Source: Thelocarpon superellum
Taxonomy: Eukaryota
DNA: 64,000 nucleotides
Assembly (NCBI GenBank): GCA_026025795.1
Contig: JAPEUG010000020.1
Coordinates: forward strand, 1-64,000
Direction: 5' to 3'
Part shown: piece by piece, positions 36,202 to 49,736 of the stretch
Layout: each line of letters starts with the position of its first letter
Numbering within the stretch: the stretch's first letter is position 1
Notes under the pieces: model-generated
What the model was told of the DNA's origin: nothing
What the model saw: the letters and a program-made list of their open reading frames with translations, nothing else
The model's database searches: none
Program-made: the position numbers and the translations under genes

Positions 36202-39200
36202 ATGTCGATGCGTCAGATCTTCAAACCGCTTCTGCTCGAGCGCTCACTCGGTCGAGGAAGCCTCCGGTACTTCAGGACACCTGGTGCGAGGACGATATCA
36301 TCCGCCACTTGTCGAACGCCATCCCTCCGCCGTCTTGACGCCAAGATCTCACTCCCGCTCATTGCCCGAAGACATTGCTCATACCGAAGCAATATGTGTC
36401 GTCAACACGAGGGCGTCGAGGCCGTGGGAGGAAGCGTGGCCGCCTCCAAGGGCCGGGAAGTGCTCCCTACCAACGTAACGCCTGTTCATTATGACTTGAC
36501 GCTCGAGCCCGATCTGGAGAAGTTCACCTACGACGGATCCGTGGCCATTGAGTAGAGATGCCCCCTCCGATCTGCCTCATGACCCCGCTGAGAGATCCCC
36601 CAGTCTGAAGGTCAACACCGATACCACGTCCATTGCCTTGAACACAATTGACATCGAGATCCTCTCGACCAAGATCACTGCCGGCTCGTCGCTCGTCACA
36701 TCCTCCCCTAAGATCAGCTACAATGAAGACACGCAGACCACAACCTTTGCTTTCGATAAAAGCATTCCGGCAGGGGAGACGGCGCAGCTGTCCATCTCCT
36801 TCAAGGGCATCTTGAATGACAAGATGGCCGGCTTCTACCGTTCCTCTTACAAAGATCCCACCAACGGGAGCGAGAAATACATCGCCACCACCCAGATGGA
36901 GCCAACCGACGCCCGCCGAGCCTTTCCCAGCTTCGACGAGCCATCGCTCAAGGCCACCTTTGGCATCACCCTGATCGCCGATCCCCGCCTAACCTGTCTC
37001 AGCAACATGGACGTGGCCTTCGAGACCGAGCATGAGTCCAAGACGAGCGGGGGCAAGAAGAAGGCCGTCACCTTCAATCGCACGCCCAAGATGTCCACTT
37101 ATCTCCTCGCCTTCATCGTTGGAGAACTCAAGTGCATCGAGACGTCCAACTTCCGAGTGCCGGTCCGCGTCTTCGCCACGCCCGACAAAGACATTGCGCA
37201 TGGCAAGTTCTCTGTCGAGCTTGCGGCCAAGACGCTGGCCTTTTACGAGACGACGTTCGACAGCAAGTTTCCCCTGCCTAAGATGGATATGGTCGCCATC
37301 CCCGACTTCAGTGCTGGCGCCATGGAGAACTGGGGTCTCGTCACCTACCGCGTCGTCGATCTGCTGTACGACGAGAAGACGACGAGCGCGATCACCAAGC
37401 AACGCATCGCCGAGGTGGTCCAGCACGAGCTGGCACATCAGTGGTTCGGTAACCTCGTGACCATGGACTTCTGGGACGGACTGTGGCTGAACGAAGGCTT
37501 CGCGACGTGGATGTCCTGGTACTCCTGCAACACCTTCTTCCCCGAGTGGAAAGTGTGGCAAAATTACGTGACGGACAATCTCCAGAGTGCGCTCTCGCTC
37601 GACTCGCTGCGCAGCAGCCACCCGATCGAGGTGCCAGTCAAGCGGGCCGATGAGATCAACCAGATCTTCGACGCCATCTCCTACTCCAAGGGCTCGTGCG
37701 TGCTTCGCATGATCTCCAAGTACCTCGGCGAAGAGACCTTCATGGAGGGCATCCGGCGCTATCTCAAGAAACACGCCTTTGGCAACACGCAGACCGAGGA
37801 CCTGTGGGCGGCGCTCAGCGACGCCAGCGGCAAGGATGTCGAGAAGATCATGAAGATCTGGACCAAGAACATCGGCTACCCCGTCGTGACGGTGACGGAA
37901 GATGAAGGGGCGAGCGCAGTCCACCTGAAGCAGAATCGCTTCTTGCGCACCGCCGACGTGAAGCCTGAGGAGGATCAGACCCTCTACCCCGTCTTCCTCG
38001 GGCTTCGCACGCGTTCTGGCGTTGACGAGAGCCTGACGCTCACGGATCGCGAGAGCACCTTCAAAGTGCCGAGTCTGGACTTCTACAAGCTCAACGCGGA
38101 CCACTCCGGCATCTACCGCACCTCCTACAGCCCCGCCCGTCTCGAGAAGCTTGGCCAGGCGGCCAAAGAGGGACTATTGACGGTCGAGGATCGTGCAGGC
38201 ATGATTGCCGATGCCGGGGCGCTGGCAGCCTCGGGATACCAGAAAACGTCGGGCGTGCTAGCCCTGCTCAAGGGCTTCGACCGCGAGACGGAATTCGTTG
38301 TGTGGGACGAGATCATCACGCGCATCGCGTCGGTCCGGAACGCCTGGATCTTTGAAGATCAGCCGGCGAAAAACGGGCTCAAAGCCTTCCAGCGTGAGCT
38401 CATCAGCGAAAAGGCCCACAAGGCCGGGTGGGAGTTCCACGAGGGCGATGATCATGTGCAGCAGCAGTTCAAAGCACTCCTCTTTGGTAGCGCCGGCCTC
38501 GCTGGCGACAAGACGTATGCCCCCACCCCCTCCAATTCTGCATAGCTTGATGCTCACCTTGATCTGCATAGCGTCGTGGAGGCCGCCTTTGGCATGTTCG
38601 AGAAGTTCGTCCAGGGCGACCGTTCAGCCATCGATCCGAACATCCGCGGCAGCGTTTACAGCATCGTTCTCTCAAATGGCGGCGAGAAGGAGGTGGGCCA
38701 AAGTCCCCTCATTCCCACTTGGCATACCATGCTCACAGGCCTGCCTAGTACGACGCCGTGCTTGCCGAGTTCCGCGCCGCGAAGAATGCCGATGAGCGGA
38801 ACACGGCCCTGCGATCGCTCGGTCGGGCCAAGGATCCGGCGCTGATCCGTCGGACGCTCAAGATGCCGTTGAGTAGCGAGGTCAAGGACCAGGATATCTA
38901 CCTCCCCATTGGCGCACTACGGACCCATGAAGCAGGCGTGTTGGCGCTGTGGGAGTGGATGAAGGAGAACTGGTCGACGCTGGAGAAGCGGTTGCCGCCC
39001 GGACTCTCGATGTTGGGCAGCGTCGTGCAGATCTGCACCTCGAGTTTCACCAAGCCCACCCAGATCGAGGGCGTGAATGCCTTTTTCAAGGGCAAGAGCT
39101 TGAAGGGAATCGATCAGGGCCTGGCGCAGAGTCTCGACGCGGTGCGTGCCAAGGTCTCCTGGCTGGAGCGAGACAAGGCCGACGTGGAAAACTGGCTGCA

Positions 39201-39243
39201 GGCTAACGGCTACCTGCACCAAGCATCGGCCGGCAAGCTGTAG
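36202..39243 (+). CDS. APE2: M1-family (puromycin-sensitive-type) aminopeptidase Ape2, 4 exons; alternative start at 36394
   Basis: [48 protein letters not shown] (HEXXH-18x-E), [13 protein letters not shown]1-like C-terminal domain. Confidence 0.95.
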
Positions 39244-39547
39244 GGATGCTGGTAAGCCGGGTGAACTCCTAGGTCGATAGGTAGTTAGACACCCCCAAAT
39301 GCATCTTACACGTCACGGTCGGTCGCAGGGCCCCACTTTCATAGAGCTAGAGCGCAGCATCATGACATCGAGGCAGCGCTGTCGTGTCCTCCGTCCTCTG
39401 CCCTGTACCGTCACCGTGATCGTGACCCACTTCGCTTGGCCCAGACTCATCGTGAGAGACGGTAGACGGTAGGCGAACAATCGCCACTTGCCGCCGGCTT
39501 GACCATCGCTAGGTCCCCAGGTCTCAAGCTCCCGAGCTTTTGTGCCC

Positions 39548-40111
39548 ATGACCGATCGACGGATGGTCGATTGCAACTATTACGAGGTTCTGGGCTTACC
39601 GGTACCGGGATCTGGTTTGGCTTCCTCGCAGCAAGAAATCAAGGCCGCCTATCGCCATGCTCTCCTCCGACATCATCCGGACAAGGGAGGGATAGCCGTG
39701 ACGGACTTCCCTCAACGACCCGCGAACGACACGAATCGACGCAACACCATCGACGACATCGTCCAGGCTTACAAGGTCCTCAGCTCTCGCAGCTCCCGTG
39801 CCGACTATGATCGCACTCTGCGGCTCCAGCCTGCTCAAGTCCATCGCGCCCAGGCTCATCCGCACCAGTCACCTGGCTTCGAGCGAGTGGACCTCGAGGA
39901 CATGTTGTACGACGAGACACAGGCGAGCTGGCACCGGACCTGTCGATGTGGGGACCCGAAGGGCTTCTCCGTCACCGAGTCCGAGCTTGAAGAGGAGTCT
40001 GACCACGGGATTGTCCTCGTCGGATGCAACGGCTGCAGCCTTTTCATCTCCGTGACCTTTCAGGCGATGCTTGGACCCGACGACAAGATGGAAGGCCCAA
40101 AAAATGGGTGA
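39548..40111 (+). CDS. DPH4: Diphthamide biosynthesis J-protein Dph4/Jjj3
   Basis: J domain (YYEVLG...IKAAYRHALLRHHPDK...AYKVLS...YD) plus CSL zinc finger (VDLEDM...CRCG...GCNGCSL). Confidence 0.92.
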   Translation: MTDRRMVDCNYYEVLGLPVPGSGLASSQQEIKAAYRHALLRHHPDKGGIAVTDFPQRPANDTNRRNTIDDIVQAYKVLSSRSSRADYDRTLRLQPAQVHRAQAHPHQSPGFERVDLEDMLYDETQASWHRTCRCGDPKGFSVTESELEEESDHGIVLVGCNGCSLFISVTFQAMLGPDDKMEGPKNG

Positions 40112-40712
40112 TGTGGTCCATTTCTACTCACACTGAAGTATACCGGCCACGCAGGCCCCATCGGAGCAACCGCCGATGCCTGAAGAGCACCGCCTCCGAA
40201 TGGGGCTTGCTCGGCGCACGGGAACATCAAAACTCTTCACCCGACGCGGTCCACGACGAGCCGCACGCTCAGCCACGACGCATGGCTGCGGGCCGGGCTC
40301 TAAGGCTGTTGAGCTCCCCAAATTTTGGAGGAAAAGCACCGCTGTCTTACACATGGCGGACATTCGACAACGGCCACCGCACGCCTGCCTACGAGTGGGA
40401 CATCTTTCTTTCGTCCTGCGTAGCGCCATCAAATACTTGTACGTGGAAAAGGTCCAAATAAGATACAGGGTCGCTTTGTGAAGAGTCTGATACCGGAGGT
40501 AAGAGGTAAAGAATGTATCTGGATCGCGTAAAATGAACGGGCGCGTCCTTTGGCTGCGGGGATGAGGGCAGGTCCCTTCGATGGAGTGGGGTACGCCTGC
40601 GATGTGACTCTTAAGCTTTGCCGACAGCGAGCGTCTGTCAACTTCTCCCGAGGCACTGTTTACCCTCCAGCCTCCCTCCACTTTCCCTTCCCTTCTCGTG
40701 CATGCGCAAGCC

Positions 40713-41942
40713 ATGTCGAGCGCCATCTCAATCCCGTCGGCAGCGCACTTCAGCACCTTGATCGGGCAGACCCTCGTTGTGGTCACGGAATGTGAGTGAT
40801 CTCGCCCCACCTGCCGCGGCAGTTACGCGCTGCTGGCCTTGCCCCACCATTGAGCAACGTCTACCGTTGCCACTCTCAAAGGGAGCTTCTTGCACTGAAG
40901 CTTACTGGGCCGCGCTACGACAGTCTACACGGACTGGTCGGGGCCATGCAAGCAGGTCGCCCCGATCTACGAACAGCTGTCGTCTAAGCTTTCCCGTCCC
41001 AACAAAATCGCCTTTGCGAAGATCAACGCGGATGAGCAGAAGGACCTCGTCCGAATATATGGCGTCACGGTGTAGGCGGACTGCCACCATCATTGCAGAG
41101 AGAACTTGTGCTGACCAAGTCGTCTCTCCAGTATGCCAACCTTCATGATCTTCAAGAATGCTCAGGTCATTTCGACGGTGCGCGGGGCTGAGGTGAAGAA
41201 GCTCAACGAAGCGGTGATGAAACTGACCACCGAGGCCCAATCAAACGGGTCAGCGTCATCCGCGGGTGGGGACGCTGGTGCTTCGGGTAGTGGTGGGCCA
41301 TACTGGCTGGGCTCGGCGCTCCCCAAAGGCTACAAAGATGTCACCGAAGAAGTTGATCTGAGGGGCGTGGATCTGCTCAACGCGGACACGGAGTTTGGCA
41401 ACGCCAGTACGCTGTTCGATCAGGCCAAGCCCTCGGGCGCTGCAGGCACGGAGGCCGCCAAGGGCAAGGGCAACTCATCTGATGACGAGTCCAAGGCGGA
41501 CTGGGTGGAGAGCGACACAGACGAGCAGTTGATGCTCTTCATGCCCTTTCGAGCCACGCTGAAGGTTCATTCCCTCCACATCACCTCGCTACCCCCAACC
41601 CCGTCCGAGGATGACGACGGTGACCAAACCACCATGCGGCCAAAGACAATCAACGTCTACTCTAACCGTGCACACGTCTTGGGCTTCGAGGAGGCCGAGG
41701 ACATCCCGGCCACGCAGGTCGTCACCCTTACTCCGGGCGATTGGGACGCGAAGACGGGAACGGCGAAGATCGAGCTGAGATTCGTGAAGTTTCAGAATGT
41801 CACCTCCTTGGTCGTTTTCGTGGTAGACGGAGACGGTGCGAGCGAGAAGGTGCGGATCGACCGCATCCGCATCATCGGCGAGACGGGCGAAAAGCGCGTC
41901 TTGGGCAAGCTGGAGAAGATTGGGGATGAGCAGGGAGAGTGA
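40713..41942 (+). CDS. txl1: Thioredoxin-like protein with PITH domain (Txl1/TXNL1 type), atypical WSGPC site, 3 exons
   Basis: Exon 1 40713-40791 and exon 2 from 40924 give VVVTEFYTDWSGPCKQVAPIYEQLS...FAKINADEQ...GVTVMPTF; PITH domain ESDTDEQLMLFMPF...LKVHSLHI...LRFVKFQNVTSLVVFV. Confidence 0.9.
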
Positions 41943-44900
41943 CGAGCATCACCACAACAAGGGTCGAGTCTGATGAGTATCATGACTTATGAACGCCGTA
42001 CGGAGGCAAAGGGTGATTTCTCTTGGGCAGCGTGTCATAGAGTCTCTAAAAAGCCACCGGTACACTATCATACGTTCGAGGACCGTGCCCGCATCTCACG
42101 TCTCCTACCAAAGCCAGTGGGAAACCCATCCATCAATCCAAGGTGGCTCATTGTATGCTCTTCGTATCCTCCGCCCATCATAAATCTGATCTCTCCTCCC
42201 TCGTGGACCGCATCACCAAAAGCGTCCCAATGCCCCTGAAGGTAGAATGTCCGACAACCTCTCTCCCACTTCAAGACAGACAAAATCCTGAAGTAGAGAG
42301 CAGAGAGGCAACGCCGCCGGGAGTTTTGCAATTATGATCCCTTGCTCTGTGGCGCGACCGACACTTATGCACCACAGAGGGTAGATGAACAAGCAACACG
42401 GGTAATGTTTTGTAGAAGCGTCGCGCCGCCGCACGAAGAAGAAAAAGAGAAGAAAAGAAGAACCGCAAAGTTCGCCTCGCTGTTGGGTGGTTGTGACCGC
42501 GCCAGCAGCGCCCTCACTAAGCGAAATCTGCGCCAAGTCGCAAAGCTTTCGACGGCGCGCGATTGACCAACCAGCCGCGCCAGCTCGCCTGCTCTTCCAC
42601 TCCAAATTTACCATTCCGGTGCCACTCGTCTCCCCTAGCTCATCTTGGCCGGGTGCAAAAATCCCATCGACGATGCTGTTCTTCTACGCTATCACGGCTG
42701 ATGATGATCACAATGCATATAATAGGAAGAGAATGATGCAAGGCGTATCTCGATACAGCCTTGCGGATGATCTCAATCTTAAGACAATTATCGATCCTGA
42801 AGCCTGTCTCGTACCCAGTCTGTCCCTAGAATCACGGAAAGGTGCTGCGCCGTCGTTGACCGGTTTTCTTCCAGCCTTTCATGTTGCATCTTCATCGTCT
42901 CTTTGTCGAGGGGATTTTCATTTTCGTCTGCCCACCTTGTACGATTCATACACATCTCCGTCATGGGTAACTGTATTCCTCGTCTCCATATGTGTCGGAC
43001 CGATGGCGAACGTATATGCTCTTCCGTTTCGCTAGGTGACGCCTAGGGAGGAATTCTTTATGTACCCACGCCGAGATCACACAACATAACCCGCAACTCT
43101 TTGAAGACTTCTCGTTGAAATTTAAGACCCTCTCGAGTGCTGGTACGACCTGAATACCCAAGTCAAATACTCGTAATCCCTGCGTCCCGCTCATCGTCTG
43201 ACTTCCGCAGAATCGATGTTCAGAGATCTGATATATCTTCGGACCGCGCCCACTGAATGCTTTTGGTCTGGTCTATTGCAATGACATTACCTGCCGTTGA
43301 TCGCCAATTCTAATTTGAAATTATGGGTCGAGAGGAAACACAAGGATAAAATCATGACCCGAAGGCTGTCAGAGCCAACCACTCCGCGGCCTGAATCATT
43401 TTTCCCGCAATCGATCACGGCAGATATTTACGATCAGGTGACCGCTCGCGGTCTTTAAACCGTCCAACAGGCGTGTAGAAGAGGGCCTAATTCCCACTCG
43501 TTACCCACTGCGGTCACGCACACATCGAAAGAAGGATTTTCGACCGCCTGGCTTGTGCATTGGGTGATACTCAAGGATGGTACTGGCCGATCAAATAGCG
43601 CACCAAATCGACAAGAGATCAACGTAAGAACCGGGATCTCGTTTGACCCTGCAGGTCACCGGGGTGATCCAGAAACTTGAGGAACGGATTCCGTGATAAC
43701 ACGTGGTGAGCCCGTAGTGAGCCGTGCCTGGATCTTGTCAGAGGGTGGGGCACGGATCCAGCGATACCACAACGATATGTTCCCGAGAGAAGCTTCGATG
43801 GCAAAACTCTGATCGTCCCGCGACGGGCTGGGAGCGGACGACGGGTCCAAAGAGCCCTCCACCATCCAGCCTCACCGGCGCTCGGCCAGCCAGCCGTGCA
43901 CAAGGCTTCGGCCACGTTTTCTGACTTCCCGGGCCTGTGGTGGAATGTGACCACGCCGTGCAGGGAGAAGAGAGATGAAACAACGGACAATGATGGCGCG
44001 CTGCGGTCAGGTCACGCTTTCGGCCCACGGTCGGCCGCGTCCAAACGTGAACCACGATTTAGCGTGTCGCAGGAGGAGGGGAATGGGTGCGCCTCAGGGC
44101 CGAGGTGGTGGTGATGAAGGTGCGGAGCGGCCAGGTCGGCTGACGGCCAGACCGGCTGGAGAGAGAGGACGGTCGTGCGGACGCTGGCAGCTGGGAGGGT
44201 GGGGTAAGATGGTCACGGATCAGGGAAATCCGTCGTCGGCACAGCCACCACGGAGTCGCGGCCGCGATCAACCACCCGCTCCTACATGCGGAGTCGAAAG
44301 CTTCGAGCGAAGAAGCCAATCGGGCAAGACCTTTACCGCATTGGACTTGCCCGGTGCTCACTATGGAGAACCCCACGTTGCATGTGCCGTGCCCTGCCTG
44401 GACAGGCCTCCTCCCAACTACCGGATAGACCGGATGAGCCGGACTTTGACGACGGTGGAGGTTGGCCATTGGGGTTGGCGGGAGATAATGCCGCCCCAGG
44501 CACGCCACTGGAATTTACGCACCTGGTGAAAAGGCAAGACCCGAGCCGACCGGGCCATTTTCGTGACCGCCGCCGTGGATTGGCCGCCCCTGCGTAAATT
44601 CAACTGTGCAGGCCCGCGAGACTTTTCCGGTTCGGTACGCGGGCCTTGGCTCTGGCTCGGCTACGGCTCAGAGAGCGGGCTCCTGGGTCCCTCGAGACGG
44701 GAAGTCTGCGGGTCCTCCACGCGGCGTGCCTGAGCCACGCCGCACTACTAAGCCCGCCATCGGAGGTGCGCTACGAGAACCTCTGCGCCTCTGGGAGGAC
44801 AGAGAGGGCATGGTGCCTGGCAAATGGACCGACGGCTCTTGCTGCACATGGGCATCCTTTGACCACTTTGGATACCCGCACGCATCGATCCACGGTGGAT

Positions 44901-47900
44901 CGGAGGGCACGGGCGGCTTCGATACGCGCCAGCCGTTCGTGCTTGTGGTCTATTGCGGCGGTCACCGCAGCTGCAACGCATGCGACTTGTACTCGTACAC
45001 CAAGGGAAGTGCCTGTCCCGGAGCCAGGGTCGGGCATGGGAAAGGCGGATCGCCCCCGGTCAGACTGGGTGTGCTCGTGCCACCTCCATGCCATTCGAAG
45101 TGGGGAGCCGGACAAATCTCTGTCAGGTACCTGCATGTTCCTGCATGATTAGCTCGAGGCCCATGCGTTGCTTCTGCCAGCCACTCTGATCCGATAGGCC
45201 AGGCCTGGAGACGAGTCTTGGCCGATCTGCGCGGGCGGTGTTCGGTCGACGAAAGCCCTTGGAAGGGTGGCGTCCAGGCCAGCGACCGCGCCGACCATGC
45301 ACCGCACATCTTCTCTCGTAACAATGTATTCCTCCACTCCACTGCTATGCATATGCACCATGCACTCGGGGCCCTTTCTCGATAGCGTTCCTGGTCACGA
45401 CCCACAGCCGGCGGATTTCGGCCGTCCCTTGGCTCTGGTACTATCACGGAACGATCGCGAGACCAGTCCTCATTTGTACAAGTACTTGGTTCTGCCATCT
45501 GACAGGAGGGACGGCGCGTTCATGGCCATGTGGCCTTAAGGACGGCGTTCATCATCTGCATCCAGCTATCTCTATCGCCCGTCATCGCTCCCACCACCAG
45601 CCCCATTCCCCTCCGCTGCTCCTGAACACGGGCGCTCTCAGGGCTGATGGTGTGCGACTACTCCGGAAGTCTAACACTCCATTTCCCATCCCGCATGGGA
45701 TGATGGACCGAGCGCGCTGCAATCGCCCTCGCTCCGGACGCACCATCGTACTTTGGCTCGGTCGCAAGAACTCGATGGCGAAGCGAGCGGCCAGAGGATT
45801 ACCCACGGGCAGCATGCGCGGTAGACGGCGTCAGCGATGCTTTCCAAATTCTCGTGGTCGGTGCTCCCTTAGTCTGAAGCCTATCGCGCGGAGGAGTCTT
45901 AATCGATAAGGTCCTTCTTGGGCCGGCGCAGGAGGGGACCGGCCGCCTCATTGCCGCCCGCCGACGCCCCCTCACTGTGCCATGACGCGCGCATCGTTCG
46001 CCAGCCCCGCACTTCTTCAGCTTACAACGTCTGGTGATGATGCACGGCACGATCATCATGAGAACGCGCGCGCGACCACGACGGATTTGGCCCTCGCTCG
46101 TCGATGCCCAGCACGTCATCCGTCGAGGGGGGTCGTGCTCGGGCGGATCCAGCGTTGCACCGTCTTCCGCGGACCACCGCTCGTACAAGGACGATCGTGG
46201 CTGATTCGACCAAGTCGATGGCGCGGCATTGCTTCAACGTCTTCCGCATGCAAGACAAGCAGTGGTGCGCGTAGACGATTGCGTATCAGTCTGGCAACCG
46301 CGTATCCATAACTCTGGCATCAGATGCCATGACCGTGGCGGTCGGACGCATGGCCGTATCGCTTGCGGCCTTGCGGTGAACCCATGGATTCTCGTCCTTG
46401 GTACACGACTACAGCAAGTACCTGCAGTAGGCCGACACCTCGACTCATGCGTCTCACCAATTTTTTCATCTCTGTATCGATGCAGCATGCGCGACGGGGA
46501 GAAAGGACGAAAAGGTTGGAACGGACCTATGGGAGGAATGGCTCGCGCACAGGCCTCAAACGCGGCCGCGGCCCAGCATCGCTCCTGCAGTAGGGTCCAC
46601 TTCGCGCGCGCCCAGGGTCGCTCACTCATGCGAGGATGGAGCATTTAGTGACAATAGGCAGAGTCTTCGTTAACTCCCGAGCCTCTCCACCACGGCTCCA
46701 TTGGCTCTCGCTTGGGGGGGCAGGGCCAGGAAAGTATCGCGGCGAACTGGCGAGTGAACATGGGCGCAGTAGTCGCCTGCGGACTCCCTACAATTCCCAG
46801 AGGATGCTCAGACAAGGTTTCGACTCATGCCGCGCGCGCACGTCCTCGGTTCCTTTCCGGTTCGATAAAGCGATAGCGCTACGTGATAGGCGTCGCGCGC
46901 GCACGAGTCGACGGGATCCCGCCCGGAGCGAGGTACAAGCAGCGAGGAGGGTGGTCTAGAAGAAGACGAATGGGGGCTGGGGGCCGTCAGCCAAGCGGCC
47001 AGCCTCGCCGCGGCACCAATGTGTCTGTCAGCCGGCGCCCTTTGGTCGCAGATACGACGAACCCGCAGCACCGGTGCAGGTACCGCGAGCATCGCCGTCG
47101 GGTAGCCTCTGCGACCGAGCGATTCACTACGACCGAACCGTGCTAGGAGCAGCGACCGCACCGCGCGCGCTCCCTTCCACGAGGCAGACGGCCAAGCCGA
47201 CACCCCTAGCGCAAGGTACGAAGGCAACCCAGCCCGCTGGCCCAGACATGCGTCTCCAATGACGATATTCGTACGACCGCTAACTTGGGGCACACTTCGG
47301 CGTAGTCAACACCTCGCCGCCAGCCGACATGGCCCTCCAACCTTCTCTGACACATTGCACACCCACACGATCAGCCGGGCCGAGGATCTCACATGCACCG
47401 TCGTCGCCTCTCGGATCCGCGACGGGCTGGGCGCGGGGTCTGCTGGCTGCGCTCGTCCGGCCGCCCACGGCCCCGGTGGCGAGGCGCCATAGCGGACGAG
47501 CACCAGCGCCAGTGGTCCGCGCGTGAGCGAGGATGCTGTGAAGAGAGGGTGCTTGCCGCGCGATGGTTGGCCGGTGCGAGCGAAAGAACGACCCATTGCA
47601 CCGGCAAACCAGCGAACCAGCGAGCCAGCTGGGCGACGAGCATGACGAGGACGTCAGGCTGCTGCTGACCCCGGCGCGATGGAGCCGAGTCCGGGCGAGA
47701 CGCCTCGTTGGCTGACGCCCACCGCTCGCGTTCGAGCACGAGAGCTCGTAGGACCCCGTACCAACGCCTCGCACCATACGGTCCCACTCGTCCAGGGTAA
47801 CAATCGTACCTCAAGCGACGACCTCGATAGAGAGCTCGTCTGGTCCGGCGAGAGGCGGTCGGCTATGCCTTGGCTTAGGCGACATCCAACCTCATGCTAC

Positions 47901-49624
47901 TGGCCCACCGACGTCGCCACGCTGCTTATGCTATCCAATCCCCGGCCGCACGCCGCCGTTCTACCCCTGCCCGTGCTCACGCTATCTGCCATCCCACCCC
48001 TGGTAGCGTTCAACTAGTGCCTACCCTTTCGCCGTCCGCTCGGCGCGACTTGGCGGGCGGCCTTACCACTCCATTCAACCCTTCCGCATGGCCGGCCGCA
48101 ATCTCAGCGCCGTCACTGTGCAACTCCCACAAATGGTCCGTGGCGTGTTGGAGCCGACGACTGACATCAGAGCGTCAGCCTTCAATGCCCGGAGCGCCAT
48201 GCTGATGGAACGCCATCGTGACACTGTCTCGCGCCGCCACCCTCGTGTGTCTTTGGGGGCGGGCGTATGAGAGAGACTCGTGGGTGTGATGGATGGCTAC
48301 CCGCCGACAGCCTCTCACAGCGCGCGCGCGAGAAATGCCCGCGACTCTAGATTCGTCCGTATCCACTCGACCGTTCGACAAGACCGCCCATGAGCGGCGA
48401 GGGGTGCGCGTGAGCGACGGGGGTGGGAAAGGAAAGGCCCGCCACCGACTCGTACTCGGGCGAGAGAAAGCTAGGTGCGTGCGTCCCTTTGGACGCTGAA
48501 TGCTGGGGGGGCGAGAGGGCATGCGTCCAGCGTGGATCGCTCGTGCCATACCGCGTGCATGGAGGATGCGCCGCTGAAGGTGTTCTTGTTAGTAAAGTTC
48601 CGGCGCTGCTGGTGCGTGGGCCGAGCGTGGACAGCTGCACGTCTAGTCACGGTCCAGTCTCTCGAGATGCCCACTAGGCCCGTCCTCCGCCGCAGCACCC
48701 AAGCAGCGCTGGACGCAGGACGGACCAGAGGGCCTCGCACCATCGTCCGGGGCCCTGGTAGCACTGGCTGGGGGAAAAGGTAGTGCTAGGCCGACCCTCT
48801 CTCCCACCAGTATCACCGCCTCCCACCCCCGGCGGGTCCGCCCCCCCCCAAAAGCCTAAGCGTAAACTGCACGCTCCGTCCATCCACCCACCATCCTTCC
48901 CGACTCCCCCAGACTGTCGGCCGCGCACCACCCCATCTTGCTTTGGGCTGGGCTGGTACCTGGCCGCTTCCCTAGTTTGAAAATAGATAGCGCCGGGGCT
49001 ATCCTGTCCCCCTCTGATACTTATCCATCTGCCGCCCCGTTTTCATCTCACTCTTTTCTGGCTATCGCCGTCTACTCCACCCACGATCATTTTCCTTCTC
49101 AGACCCTCACGTCCGTCCTTCGGTCGTCCGCTTCTCTCGGCCCCTCGCCTTCTTCGTGCTTTACTTTTGGACAAGTCTCGACCTGTGCTTCCCACCCTGA
49201 AGCCTCGTCGACGTCTTTCCGGCCTCTCTTTACCAGTCCTATCTTGCTCTGTCGACGCATCGATCACGCCGTGGATAATCTCCTCCCACCGCAATCTACC
49301 CCGACCAGACCCCACATGCTCAGGAAGTCCTTCCTCGGCTCCCAACAGCTCCCATATATGTTTTAAACGGCGATCTGGATTCCCTCCGGTCCTGTTGTTT
49401 CACCAGTGCATTCCCACAATCCTTCCATACCGCCAGCGAACCTTGCACACGGCTTCGGTGATCGACACGACACCACACGACTTGCTACCGCAGCAAACTC
49501 CCCCACCTAATCCACCGACGACGATCGTGGAACCCGAGAGCGCCGAGGCCACACACCGACCTCCCCGACCCTTTTGACTCTCGTCAACGACCATCACCGT
49601 CTAGGTGCTCCTGACGCTTGACCA

Positions 49625-49693
49625 GTACGTCGATATGCGCGTGCAGGACGAGAGTACGTGGGAGGACGCGAGAATGCTAATTGACGTCGGCAG
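49625..49693 (+). other. 5'-UTR intron of seb1
   Basis: GTACGT donor, GCTAAT branch point and CAG acceptor, ending 44 nt before the ATG. Confidence 0.7.
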
Positions 49694-49736
49694 GTGTCAC
49701 ACCTATCCAGTCTGAAACATCATCTCCATTTCAAAC

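Noticed and set aside
36989..38104. 371-aa minus-strand ORF
   Set aside because: Antisense shadow of APE2
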